64,000 nt of DNA from Octopus vulgaris. Lineage: Eukaryota. The notes under the pieces were generated by a model, which worked only from the letters and a program-made list of their open reading frames with translations, did not search any database and was not told where the DNA came from. Below are positions 1 through 12,049 of the stretch, one piece after another. The stretch is from positions 120,466,001 to 120,530,000 of the forward strand of contig OX597815.1 of NCBI GenBank assembly GCA_951406725.2, written 5' to 3'. The first letter of the stretch is position 1. Each line of letters starts with the position of its first letter. A program made the translations under genes and the position numbers.

Positions 1-69
1 TATTGATCATATACAACGTAGAGATAATTTGTAACTGGTAAGATGGCATAAGGCTTGGCGTAGAGTGTC

Positions 70-660
70 GGATTGCCAGAATCATTAGAGCATCGGTCAA
101 CAGCTTCTATACTCTTTTACTTGTTTCAGTCATTTGACTGCGGCCATGCTGGAGCACCGCCTTTAGTCGAGCAAATCGACCCCAGGACTTATTCTTTGTA
201 AGCCTAGTACTTATTCTATCGGTCTCATTGCCGGGCCGCTAAGTTACAGGGACGTAAGCACACCAGCATCGATTGTCAAGCGATGTTTGGGGGACAAACA
301 CAGACACACAAACATACATACACACATACACACACACATTTATATATATATATACATACATATATACGACAGGCTTCTTTCAGTTTCCGTCTACCAAATC
401 CACTCACAAGGCTTTGGTCGGCCCGAGGCTATAGTAGAAGACAGTTGCCCAAGGTGCCACGCAGTGGGACTGAACCTGAAACCATGTGGTTGGTAAGCAA
501 GCTACTTACCACACAATGTTTCAGCAGTTTGCGTTCTGAGTTCAAATCCCACTGAGATCAATTTTACCTTTCATCTTTTGGTCGATAAAATAAAGTACCA
601 CTCAAGCACTCGAAGCAGTTTAATCAACTGTTTCTACTTCTCAAATTTCTCGCCTTGTTT
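70..660 (+). mobile_element. SINE family B (tRNA-derived, Nin/Deu-domain-like), interrupted by a family A SINE
   Basis: GCCAGAATCATTAG head before 111; GTTCTGAGTTCAAATCCC...CCTTTCATCTTTTGGTCGATAAAATAAAGTACCA resumes after 515; matches copies at 30955, 31516, 49558. Confidence 0.65.
111..515 (-). mobile_element. SINE family A (tRNA-derived, CORE-like motif, internal CA/TA microsatellite, GAGTAAAA tail)
   Basis: Minus strand TGTGTGGTAAGTAGCTTGCTTACCAACCACATGGTTTCAGGTTCAGTCCCACTGCGTGGCACCTTGGGCAA; near-identical to copies at 14601, 39434, 46361. Confidence 0.9.
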
Positions 661-785
661 CTTTTTTAAAAAATTATACAGTCGGTCATATGATATTTCA
701 CATTTAAGTGCTAAATAACCACTAAAAGTATGTAGAACAAACCTTTATGGACGTTATACTGAAAACCAGTACAAATACTGTCACA

Positions 786-1136
786 ACTTTTCTTTATTGC
801 TCATAAAGGGTCAACATAGAGGGGGACAATACAACATTCATGTACATCGAATGAGGTTATAAAATTTTATATAAAAATGATTATAAAACGGATGAAACAC
901 AAATTACAAAACAAACAATAAAAGGACAATATGAGGTTAAAAAAAACAAGTGTGCTCCGACCCCAGGAGCTTTGTCTTTTTAACCGACACCTTTTGGAAG
1001 TCCTTACAGTGTGTTCATGCAGGGCCTTTCACTCCTAGCATCCGTACAACACGCATCCATCTTTTTTTGTACGTACACTCTGACAGACACCTTCTCTCCA
1101 GCCCCACCTTCATTTTCAGATGAAACGTAAAAACAT
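786..1136 (-). mobile_element. 5'-truncated LINE 3' end (Tx1/L1-like) with 21-bp target-site duplication
   Basis: ACCAGTACAAATACTGTCACA at 765-785 and 1137-1157; minus frame FHLKMKVGLERRCLSECTYKKRWMRVVRML; ends GCAATAAAGAAAAG. Confidence 0.75.
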
Positions 1137-1214
1137 ACCAGTACAAATACTGTCACATCAAGCATTCCAAATGCAACATACCTATAAACTTTGCCTCTTA
1201 TTCATAAACTCGCA

Positions 1215-1498
1215 CTCGATCGGTTCCAGTTGATTCGACCAATAGATCAGTCTGCTTATGAAATTAACATGCAAGTGACTGAGTACTCCACAAACATGCG
1301 TACCATTAACGTAGTTCTCAGGGAGATTTGGCGTAACACAGAATGTGACAAGGCTGGCCCATTTTTGCCAGGTGAATGAAATGGAGCAATGTGAAAATAG
1401 AGTGTCTTAATCAAAGCTACAACCCGCCGCCGGGAATCGAACTCACGACTTTTTGATCGTGAGTTGAATAAATTAACCACTAAGCCACAAGCATTCAC
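1215..1498 (-). mobile_element. SINE family C (tRNA-derived)
   Basis: Minus A box TGGCTTAGTGG, B box GTTCGATTCC; 3' body shared with 60123-60506. Confidence 0.8.
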
Positions 1499-1580
1499 CT
1501 TTTATACATACAAACAATAAATAAAGTTGAAAATACATCTGTCTTCTCTTTGGTTCTCTCACATTTAACTTCATATCATA

Positions 1581-1711
1581 CTCTTTACTCTTTTACTCTT
1601 TTACTTGTTTCAGTCATTTGACTGCGGCCATGCTGGAGCACCGCCTTTTAGTCGAGCAAATCGACCCCAGGACTTATTCTTTGTAAGCCTAGTACTTATT
1701 TTATCGGTCTC
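1581..1711 (-). mobile_element. SINE family A, 3' fragment
   Basis: (CTCTTTTA)n tail plus CAGTCATTTGACTGCGGCCATGCTGGAGCACCGCC identical to 111-225. Confidence 0.85.
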
Positions 1712-1924
1712 ATATTCATCAAAATCTCAAAACAGGCTGAATTGTTTTATAAAATATAATACCTTCTAGATATCAAATTACTACGGGCGAAGAGAGTAGA
1801 ACAACAATGGCAAAGTGTCCTAGCATAAATGTTTCCTTCTTCATTTTATCCTCTAGCCTACTGGCTCATAAGATCGAAATTTATCCGGATTTTCAAAGCG
1901 TCTTGGCGGAATGTGCAAGACTTC

Positions 1925-2065
1925 ATCTTGAACTGGACACCAATCCATCGCAGGGTAACCCCACAGGCACTACTGGTACACATTGTTAGCTAAGTGTAAT
2001 GAGTAACGTGAACTGAAGTGTTCAAGGATACAATACGCCGCCATGATCGAATCAACACCCTTACT
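1925..2065 (-). mobile_element. Decayed SINE with Meta/V-domain-like motif
   Basis: Minus GGGGTTACCCTGCGATGGATTGGTGTCCAG resembles the conserved SINE motif AACCCTGCGATGGACTGGCATCCCATCCAGG; related to 13305-13515. Confidence 0.5.
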
Positions 2066-2625
2066 TCTAGGACACGTCTTTTCACTTTTGGGCTAAATGC
2101 CTTGTGGTACTTGCACCTTTTTACCTTCTGCATTAAAATACCCTTCGGTTGATTTTTACTTCACCTTTATCCAGCGCCAATAAAGTAATAATCAGTAATG
2201 ATTAACGTTTCCGAATAGGTGTCCTGATGTTCCATACTTTATCCTGAAAGAAAAAGGGCATTTTTGTTCTAAGTATTCTTTTGTTTCATGCAACAGTAAT
2301 TACGTTTCTGGAATTTTCTTTTCCAAACTACCGAAACTCCGAAAGTATGCTGAGCCGATTCAATTGCTTTTAAACCTTATAAATACATGGTTTTGAGGTA
2401 AGATTGAAACTTTAAACAGTTGAGAGTTTTCGAGCTTCTGGGGGTAATAGAATCTTTTATACCTCATTATATGTTGTCTCATCATCGTGCAGTCTGGTTC
2501 TAATATCCATGTTCTTACATCGATAAAGGAAATAGCTACATAGACACTACTGTACCACTACCTTACAAAAAAAAAAAACTTTATTGTGTGTCAAATCAAG
2601 AGAAAACAAATATGTACGCAGTATT

Positions 2626-2780
2626 AAATCAGTTACCGGGCAAATGCCTAGCGGCATTTCATATGTCCTTACGTTCTGAGTTCAAATTCTGCCGAGGTCG
2701 ATTTTGACTTTCATCCTTTCGGGATCGATTAAACAAGTAGCAGTTGAGCACTGAGTCGATGTAATTGATTAACACCCTTC
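2626..2780 (+). mobile_element. SINE family B fragment
   Basis: GTTCTGAGTTCAAATTCTGCCGAGGTCGATTTTGACTTTCATCCTTTCGGGATCGAT. Confidence 0.8.
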
Positions 2781-3054
2781 TTTAAAAAATTCAGTACATA
2801 TGATCAATCAATTGACCATATGTATTGGTCGAAGTACCATACATATTTTCATTCGAACAACGGTCACGTGGAGAGAGAAGAGAGAGAAGTTAAGGCACAG
2901 GGATAGAAGAATTAAGGAGGGGCGAGAAAAAATGAAAGGGACAGAGTGAAGTGAAAGAGGAGAAAAAGTGAGCATGAAGAGAAGGCCAGGAAATGTGAGA
3001 GAGGGGGCACGAAAGAACGAAGAGTGGAATGAACGAAGTAAGTGTGAATTCCTA

Positions 3055-3980
3055 GTGTATATGGGGGTTCTTGATGCTTCTTGTCGGTGGAGGATGAGGG
3101 TTAGAATGATTTGGGGTGGGTTTTGTCTGAAATTTTTCGGGGAGGAAAGGGCTTTTTGTAGGGTTGGGGGAGGTTGTGTCCTGTGTGGAGGGGGTTTGAA
3201 GAGTATGTGTGTTTGAGGTGTGGTTTGGGTGGTGTTTATGGGGAACAGTGGGAGTATGTGTTGTGGGTCCTTTTATGAATGGGTTTTTGGATTTGTGGTT
3301 TGATATGAATTGTGTTACATAATTGTGGAAGAAATCTTTGTTGTTTTCCCAGCGTTTAAGGGAAGTTCGTTATTCCTTTTCACATTCATCTTTCCATAGT
3401 TTAATGACATGTTCGAAGGACTGTTCATTGGTGTGTGAGGTAAGTTCCAAAAGCATCTCATCGTCTATTTTTGTGTATTTTTGTTCCTGGTTTTGTGCTC
3501 TGAGTTTTAAAAGTTCTACTTCAGTTTTCATTCTATCCAATGATAGTTTTTCTCTTAGGGAGCGTTGTTGTTCAAATTCGTCTGGGATTTGTTTAATTTG
3601 GAATTTTCAGGGTAGTATGATAGGGGAAGAGTTCAACCATTTGTCGTAAATTTCAGCTTTGTTGTGGTTTTAAGCATGATCCAGAAGAAAAGTTTTCTGT
3701 TGTGTAGTTTCTTGGTCCAGGTAGTGTTGATCTGGTTTTTAATGTGTTGTTCTGGAGTTGAAGTGTGTTCATTCTGTGTGTTGGGTGGTGTCTGAGGTTC
3801 CTTCGATGTTAAGTTGGTAAGTAAACTTTTCAGTGTAGTGCTAATTTCATTTAGGTTTACACCAATCTTATCCGAAAGTTGTTGATAAGGGTTGTTTTCT
3901 GAGGTATCCTGGGTTTGATGGAGAAGTTCGTCAATTTTGTTGGAAAGTGTAAGTAGATGTGTGTTAAGTACTTTTATTCT
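3055..3980 (-). pseudogene. Disrupted coiled-coil ORF, probably retrotransposon ORF1-like
   Basis: Manual minus translation: ...WTKKLHNRKLFFWIMLK/NHNKAEIYDKWLNSSPIILP*KFQIKQIPDEFEQQRSLREKLSLDRMKTEVELLKLRAQNQEQKYTKIDDEM...WKDECEKE*; two stops and one frameshift. Confidence 0.5.
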
Positions 3981-4043
3981 CTAGCTATTAAAAGCTATTA
4001 TTACTTGCTACAAAATATATTTTTGTTGTTGTTATTATCAATA

Positions 4044-4092
<49 letters not shown>

Positions 4093-4098
4093 TATATA

Positions 4099-4135
4099 CT
4101 AGCTGACGTACCCGGTGATTCCTGGGAAAGCGGGG
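4099..4135 (-). mobile_element. Helitron-like 3' terminus (degenerate hairpin + CTAG)
   Basis: Minus CCCAGGAATCACCGGGTACGTCAGCTAG followed by T, inside a TA tract. Confidence 0.4.
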
Positions 4136-4319
4136 TTTACCCCTTGGTTCCGTTCTCATAATTGTCTCGCTACTCTAATAACAACAATACAAAGTATGTA
4201 GCCCTTAAAACGGTTTTGTGCATTTGCAGAGAATACCGAACTGTCTTATACAGGATCTTATTTTTAGGAATCCCCAATAAGTTATGAATACACAAATTGT
4301 GAAGTCAGTGACGTACAGG

Positions 4320-4474
4320 ACATAAAAAAAACGTTGAACACAATGAGAAACGAAAACATAAAAACAAAAACATGGAAACGAACTTTTTTCAAACAACGAA
4401 AAAAGCAGAGAAACAAGACATACAACACATGGAATATTCCCCTTCTTCAGTTGTCCTTGTTTCATCTATTTCGC
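4320..4474 (-). mobile_element. Penelope-like terminal-repeat fragment
   Basis: Minus TAGATGAAACAAGGACAACTGAAGAAGGGG is similar to 35500-35580 (TAGATGAAACCATGGCGACTGAAGAAGGG). Confidence 0.4.
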
Positions 4475-4480
4475 ATATAT

Positions 4481-4640
4481 ATACGACGGGCTTCTTTCAG
4501 TTTCCGTCTACCAAGTTCACTCACAAGGCTCTGGTCGCCCCGAGGCTATAGTAGAAGACACTTGCCAAAGGTGCCACGCAGTGGAACTGAACCCGGAACC
4601 ATGTGGTTGGTAAGTATGCTTCTTACCACATAGCCTCGCC
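4481..4640 (-). mobile_element. SINE family A, 5' half
   Basis: CGACGGGCTTCTTTCAGTTTCCGTCTACC...CTTACCACA. Confidence 0.85.
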
Positions 4641-4681
4641 TATATATATATTTGTATGTATGTATGTATGTATGTATCAAT

Positions 4682-4892
4682 TTGTGTCTTTGTGTCTGTG
4701 TTTGTCCCCCACCGCTTATGTTGGCATATTTACATCCCTGTAACTTAGCGGGTCGACAAAAAGATACTGATAGAACAAGTACCAGGCTTAAGAATGAAGT
4801 ACTGCAATCGACAATTCGTTGGGCTAAATCTCTTCAAAGTAGTGCCCAAGCATGGCTGCAGTCTAATGACTGGAACAAATAAAGGATAAAAG
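4682..4892 (+). mobile_element. SINE family A, diverged 3' half
   Basis: GTGTCTGTGTTTGTCCCC...GATAGAACAAGTACCAGGCTT...CATGGCTGCAGTCTAATGACTG. Confidence 0.7.
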
Positions 4893-5284
4893 ATACACAC
4901 ACACACACACACACACACGCACGCGCGCGCGCGTAACGAACACGAGCATGGTAATGTGTATAATGTTCTTATCATAAACAATGCTATCACCAGTACTTCC
5001 TCACCTCAGCCTTGATGGAGCAAATGAGTTAGGAAAGTTTTGCAACCGAAGCCAGAGGCATGCACTTTCTGGGCACAGTATGGGAAAAACTCAGATATTC
5101 AATCAATCAATAAATGGGGTGTAGGTGGCGTACCAAGTAGGAGCAGGAAGTCTTTCAGTTTCATGGTGAATCCAGGTGTACAGAAGGGATGGGATTCCTA
5201 ACATATTTGTTCTCTCGACGTGAGAAAATCGTATTTCCTGGTATCCAGCCCTTTGTTACATAAAAACAGGCATTTCGTAGTTCA

Positions 5285-5314
5285 CACACACACACACACG
5301 TATATATCTGTGTG

Positions 5315-5360
<46 letters not shown>

Positions 5361-5377
5361 AATATATATATATTCTA

Positions 5378-5408
<31 letters not shown>

Positions 5409-5500
5409 TGTATGTATGTATGTATGTATGTATGTATGTATGTATGTATGTATGCATGTATGTATGTATGTATGTATGTATTTATGTATGTATGTATGTG
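5285..5500. repeat. (CA)n/(TA)n/(ATGT)n compound microsatellite
   Basis: Direct inspection. Confidence 0.95.
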
Positions 5501-5899
5501 TGCCTTTGTCCCCCACCGCTTAGGTCATCAGCGTCACTCGAGCTCATCACAAATTTCGTCACTCGGGCTCATCACCGATTTCGCATAAGACACATGCCTG
5601 ATAAAAGAATTTCATGTTTTTCCGCTTTATTTCTAGCCCCAAATAGCTTATTTTTTTATATCTAGCAATCTGTCTTTCTCCATTTCCAAGGTAAGGGTAA
5701 AAATAAAGCAACGCTACAAAACACTACTGATCTTTACACACAGGCACACAGAATAACAGCAATCAAATAGCGACAGCGAAGTGCACAACGAACATCAGCG
5801 ATCTGACTGTCGCCTGTAATCTTGACAAGAGATGTCAGTTAGTCTTTTACATCTATCAGGCTCGTTCGTATTAGCCCGAGCTGCTGGATAATTTGTCGT

Positions 5900-6360
5900 T
5901 CCTCTAAGAATATTGTAGAACGGAAACTTTTCATAGATTGGAATTTAAATCCTAATCTCCATAGAAATTTATTGTTTCAAGAAAACATTGAATTTGAATT
6001 ACTTTTAATTTTTACGATTATAGATAACAACTCGGACTGTAATTTCAGGCACGCGTGAGCGATGTTTGAGAGAACGTCTGCTACGAGTGATATTTTTTGA
6101 CATTGGGCACCTCTATGACAATCACCAGACGTTGAACGAAAATAAATGAACTCAATAAAAGGAGCCCGATTTATTGGCTGCAATTACATACTTGAAGTCA
6201 GTGATAGGAGAAATTAAATCAGCTTGCAAATACACGTAGCGCTCGCAGCGGCGTTGGAAAGAATAAAGCTTGAGCTTTTCTACACGACTCCAATAGTCAA
6301 GGCATGTCATGCCATCCATCTTTTTTGTAATTGACCTTTGAGGTGCTTCAATTTTCATGA
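5900..6360 (-). pseudogene. Decayed CR1/Jockey-group LINE, RT C-terminal region
   Basis: KIEAPQRSITKKMDGMTCLDYWSRVEKLKLYSFQRRCERY matches the CR1-type motif LE.IQR.FTK.I.G...L.Y..RL..L.LYSL.RRR.R. Confidence 0.7.
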
Positions 6361-6529
6361 TGCTTTGTTTCGTGTGGAGAGACCACAGTAGACAACAGTA
6401 TTCCAGGTGGAGCCGGGCAAAGGTAGAGAAGAGAAGGATAATGGTGTGGAATTCTCTCGACTGGAAAGTTCTGAGAATCTAGGAACACATTCTGCGGGCC
6501 ATGTCAACTTTGTTGTATATTTGAGCGGC

Positions 6530-6560
<31 letters not shown>

Positions 6561-6610
6561 TTATATATATAGTAGAGAGAGAGAAACAGAGAGATAGATT
6601 TTACAAATCT

Positions 6611-7015
<405 letters not shown>

Positions 7016-7223
7016 ATGTCTGTATCTGTGTGTGCGCGCGCATACATACAAAACAACTAATGGGAACATAAAAGTTGGTAATAAAAAATGACTAACCAAT
7101 GCTATGCCTACCTTTACGTTACGCCACCACCACAGAAATAGTCCCAGGGTGGTCACCATTTAGGCAATCATCACACCGATTGTACTACTGGACATTAACG
7201 GCGTGTTACACTTTAATAATACA

Positions 7224-7378
7224 GTTCTATATTTAAGAGATGAGGAATTATGTACATTATTTACATTTGACGGATATTTGTCCTCATCTTGTTTCGGCTG
7301 ATATACCCTCCAGCCTTCATCAGGTATCTTTGGGGAATTTTCGAACCTGGGTTCTCATTCCTAAGGTATTTTTTGATG

Positions 7379-7422
<44 letters not shown>

Positions 7423-7447
7423 TATTATTATTATTATTATTATTATC

Positions 7448-7478
<31 letters not shown>

Positions 7479-7572
7479 TCACTGCTTGAAATCGAACTCG
7501 GAATCTTGGGGTTAGAAGCCCGTGCTACTAACCCCAAGATTCCGCGTTCGATTCCAGGCAGTGACCTGAATG

Positions 7573-7633
<61 letters not shown>

Positions 7634-7634
7634 T

Positions 7635-7665
<31 letters not shown>

Positions 7666-7804
7666 TCGAAAAATACCTTAGGAATGAGAACCCAGGTTCG
7701 AAATTTCCCCAAGACACCTGATGAAGGCTAGAGGGTATATCAGCCGAAGCGTTGTATTAACAACAAACAAGATGAGGACAAATATCCGTCAAATGTAAAT
7801 AATG
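7224..7804. mobile_element. Head-to-head inverted dimer of the tRNA/hammerhead SINE-like element
   Basis: 7224-7526 (minus copy) and 7524-7804 (plus copy) are reverse complements; both match 31186-31515. Confidence 0.9.
7713..7758 (+). ncRNA. Minimal type I hammerhead-like motif (mutated)
   Basis: GACAC-CTGATGA-AGGCTA..CAGCC-GAAG-CGTT-GTAT; GAAA changed to GAAG relative to the 31272-31317 copy. Confidence 0.55.
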
Positions 7805-8224
7805 CAAGTTAAATAAATTATGTAAAATTTTATATCTGAGAGACCTTACTTCGTGTAATCAAGAAACACGTATATAACACACAGAAACGCCTCCGGCCAC
7901 AAATGTAGCTGATGAAGAGACACACACTGGAAACTCTGTTTTATGCAGGCAGGAAAGAAAGCAAGAAACCGCAGTGGAGTTGATATATTTATGTTTGAAG
8001 AAGTTGCACTCTCGTTCACACAGTTGTACTCTAACTATGTAATACACTAATTGGGCTTAAATGTGATTATATGCATAATATATTGCACACCCCTACCTCA
8101 GATTATGATAACAAATTTGAAGAAAGCCTTAGAAAGATAAAGAATGTATCAACGTAGTCGAACCCACACATCTGTGTATTTTTGTTGGTCAAAATTCCCC
8201 AGCATCAAATAGCCGGAAAGTAAA

Positions 8225-8415
8225 GTGAATGACCATGAGATTGCACCTAGAAAGTTACCCTCCGAGGCATAAGTCTAGGCAAGGTTATTTGTGGAAAACC
8301 GGCAGCCACCCACGCAGACCAGCCTCTTCTCTCCACATCACTGATGTCATCCAAGGGAAAGGCAAAGACCGATACAGTTTGGCACCAGTCACGTCGCAAC
8401 TCATTTCTACAGCTT
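8225..8415 (-). mobile_element. SINE/RTE-UTR-derived fragment
   Basis: Minus GTAGAAATGAGTTGCGACGTGACTGGTGCCAAACTGTATCGGTCTTTGCCTTTCCCTTGG resembles RTE 5'UTR-derived SINE bodies (recognition from memory). Confidence 0.45.
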
Positions 8416-10243
8416 GAAGAAGAGGAGCCGATTTCGTTTTCATAAAAATGACTTGCTCATTAACATCCAGCACGTCTTCGTCTTGGAGCGCTTCTTTGAA
8501 CAGCTTATAACAGGGTACTGAAGCAGCAGCTCTTGATTTCGGTGACCGGGTAGGATTTGATTTCAAAATGCGCAGGGCCAGAATAGATGCCGCATAGTAT
8601 CTCGTTCGACGCTCCAGCATTTCTGCCTATTCACTGCTCTTGATGGGTACTTTTTTTTTTTTTTGTAGACCCAAAAAGGATGAAAGATAAGTGTAGCGGG
8701 ATTTGAATTCAGAACGTAGTGTCGGAATAATTATCGCAAGACACTCTGTCCGACACACTAACGTCTCTAATTATAATTTGCCACTTAGACAGAACAACAA
8801 CAAATTTGATTAATAAAATGTATCCATCAACGGAAAATCGTTTCTAACCTTAGGAGGAAAAGAAACAGACATTGTGACGTTTCTCCCCATTTATATAAAA
8901 TTTACGAAGTGAAATAAATTTCTGCAACTGGGAATTGAAACCGTATTGCAAAATCAGATTGTTATTTAGTTTCTCTTTTAAGGTGGGTCATTTATTTAAT
9001 TATCTGGTTTTAGATTTCTTGATCTCCAAAGAATTTAGCTTCACAGAAGTGACTTGCTAAAGAGCTAATTGCAAAGCTATACGGTTTGATAGTTTTATCT
9101 ATAGAAGCTTCAAGGAGACTGAAGTGTAGTCATGTATTCGCCTTCCCTGATCCCTTTCGTGGTGATTTTTCATAGAAACCACCCAAATGAGGATCAGCAG
9201 AACTAAAAGTAATGGTAGGAATTAAAACAATTTATGATAAAATGATGAGAAGGTTAGCAAAAGACAAAAGCGAAGGAAAATAAAATTGCATTGATAATAG
9301 CGGAAAGCGGTAAGGAAAGAAACGAAGAAAGCTAAAGAATCGCTATAATTTACAATTTTCAATAAAGCTGCATCAAGATGTATTCACACATGATAAGCTA
9401 ATACTTCGTCTAAGTCATACAGGCATAGAAAATAGTCGTCAGATAGTTTAATATGATTCTAACGATGTATTTAGACCGTCTCTGTTTCAGGAATAAAATT
9501 GGCGCCATAATATGTGGTTGGATTGATTGATATGTAGTTTTAGCTGCGCTGTCTTTAAAGTTACAGAATTGGAAGTGAGTGAGAAAGAGAGAAGGAGAAA
9601 GAGAAAGAGAGCAAACAGCCTCAGTTTATGTTAAATCACTTCAGAGGCGACTATAAAAGTGAAGTTATCGTCTATGAGTAGTTTTTCAAATGAAGTGGAA
9701 AATGTTTATCTGCTTAAAGAATATTTAGATATGAGTTTCTTGCTTGAGAGTTCTTTTAACAGTTAACCAACACTTTCATGTAAGATGGATAGTTTATACA
9801 TAACGTTTTCAGAAAAGACATCAAAGAACATTGCTTTAAGGCACATTATTATATAATATTTTGCAAAAAAGCATTGAGTGAAAAACGTCAAAACTATTAG
9901 TTTCCAGGCATGCGACTACGCTAATCTATTGGTCGAGCTGAAAGAGCAGGTTTGGTTTATTAGCGAAGTTGTCCATCGTTTTGATAGTGTTGCATAATAA
10001 GCTCAAGTAGTTAGAAAGAATACTACTTTATTAAATGTGTTATTGACATAAGTATGTAAGTTGAAATACGTGGGGTTGGAGGAAGGTTGGTGGTATGACA
10101 TTCATGCCTTTCTCGAAGAAATGCATGAAATCATTCTAGTACAGATTTTAAAAAAAACAAGATATTAGTCTTACCAATAATTGTTAGTGGCACTAAATAT
10201 TATTGCACCAGAAAGTCTGTGATGCAAAACTCCTTCATCTATC

Positions 10244-10244
10244 A

Positions 10245-10276
<32 letters not shown>

Positions 10277-10295
10277 TTCCCTCTCACTCTCTCTG

Positions 10296-10370
<75 letters not shown>
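10244..10370. repeat. (CT)n/(TATC)n microsatellite
   Basis: Direct inspection. Confidence 0.95.
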
Positions 10371-10658
10371 TTAATCTGTCTGCCTATCTATTTATGTGCG
10401 TGTATTTGTGTGTACATATGTACACTTATATATATATATTTGGATAGAAACAAAAGACGAAGACAGATGTAGTAGGAACAACAAACAGGTGTATTAGTTT
10501 AACGTTCGGGAAAAGTGGAAAAGATTTTTACGGTTCGAGCCAACGCTCTTCGAGAAAAAGGAATAAGAGAGAAAAAGGGGGAAAGAGAATGAAAAAATAA
10601 ATGGAGACAGAGAAGAAACAGTGTAAAGTTCAGTGGTTCAACATGGCGTGTATATATA

Positions 10659-10704
<46 letters not shown>

Positions 10705-10783
10705 CTACGGCATCCATCGGTGTCAAAAGACCATAGATCTGCTCTTGGAGAAGAGGATTTTGTGGAAGCGGCAGTCTTGCATG

Positions 10784-10814
<31 letters not shown>

Positions 10815-10893
10815 ATGTGTGTGTTAGACAAAGGCAGATAACAAAGCCAACGCTGTGAGGAGTTTTTAGGACATTTATAAGGAAAGTGATATA

Positions 10894-10941
10894 GTCTTAC
10901 AGCTGTTTCTGGGATATTATGAATATCCCTTCATCAGAGGC
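10894..10941 (-). ncRNA. Minimal hammerhead ribozyme motif, Penelope-type
   Basis: Minus GCCT-CTGATGA-AGGGATAT(TCATA)ATATCCC-A-GAA-ACAGCTGT-A-AGAC; palindromic stem III, GUA site, one stem I mismatch. Confidence 0.7.
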
Positions 10942-11664
10942 GATTTGAGAGAGATAAATGGAAAAGGAAGAGATAGGAAAAATAGAGGGAAATAAGAGAA
11001 TGAAAGTAGAAATAACATATAAAATATTCCAGTTGCAGTTCCACTATTCGAGTAAAGTGGTGTAGAGAAGTAGTAAAAATGTTTCCTGTACATGGTATAT
11101 AAGTTCCGATAGTAGTTCGTATTTAGTCATTTCAAAATATGGAGCCGTGGATTCTGTGTTGTCCATTCGAAGGAGTTTTGTGGTGTAAATGAAGATGCAT
11201 GAATATGCATGTATGCATGAATATGCAGAATACATACAGATGCACACACATACATATATACATATGCATACACACACATATATACATACACACACATGCA
11301 TACGTACATACCTACATACACACATACATACATACGTACATGCATGCATGCATAGGCACACACACACACACACTGACCCACACACATGCGTACAAACAAA
11401 TAAAAAGGAACACAGTGTAAATAACAGACAGAGTCAAGACTATTGAAAAGGTTGCAACACAACGAAAAATTTAGGGAAATAAAAATAAGAAATAAATGGA
11501 AATTTACCGGTGTGTTAAATTATAAGGCACAAAAAGAAAAGAACTCATATAAAGAATCTTGCAAACCAAATCCAAAAACGAAAAATACGTTCATATATTC
11601 AGTTCTATTTCTCCTGCTTCTGTTAACAAACCAATATTTACATATATCTATATTTTATCGTTCA

Positions 11665-12049
11665 TTTGCTTCAGTTATTTGACTGCGGCTATGCTGGGGC
11701 ACCGTTTCGAAGAGTTTTAACCGAACAAATCGATCCCAGGACTTTGTTTTAAACCTGTACTTATTCTGTTATCTTTTGTCGAACCGTTAGGTTACAGGGA
11801 CGTAAACTTACCAACACCGGTTGTCAAGCGGTGGTGGGAGACAAACACAAAAGTACACACACAAACAAAGATATATTCATATATATACGACGGGCTTCTT
11901 TCAGTTTCCGCCGACTAAATCCACTCACAAGGTTTTAGGCAACCTGAGGCCATAGTAGAAGACACTTGCCAAAGGTGTTATGCAGTGGGACAGAACCCGG
12001 AACCATATGATTGGGTAGCAAGCTTCTTACTACACAGCCACGCCTGCGC
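11665..12049 (-). mobile_element. SINE family A, full length, diverged
   Basis: Both halves present; ends CACAGCCACGCCTGCGC. Confidence 0.85.

Noticed and set aside
283-555. Recurrent peptide RASFSFRLPNPLTRLWSARGYSRRHLPKVPRSGTEP
   Set aside because: Antisense translation of SINE family A, not a gene family.
2090-2246. Minus-strand acceptor-like CTTTTTCTTTCAG followed by a possible exon
   Set aside because: Stops in all three frames and no recognisable product.
7905-7945. CTGATGAAGAG...CTCT as a hammerhead
   Set aside because: No correctly placed GAAA, stem III or stem I.
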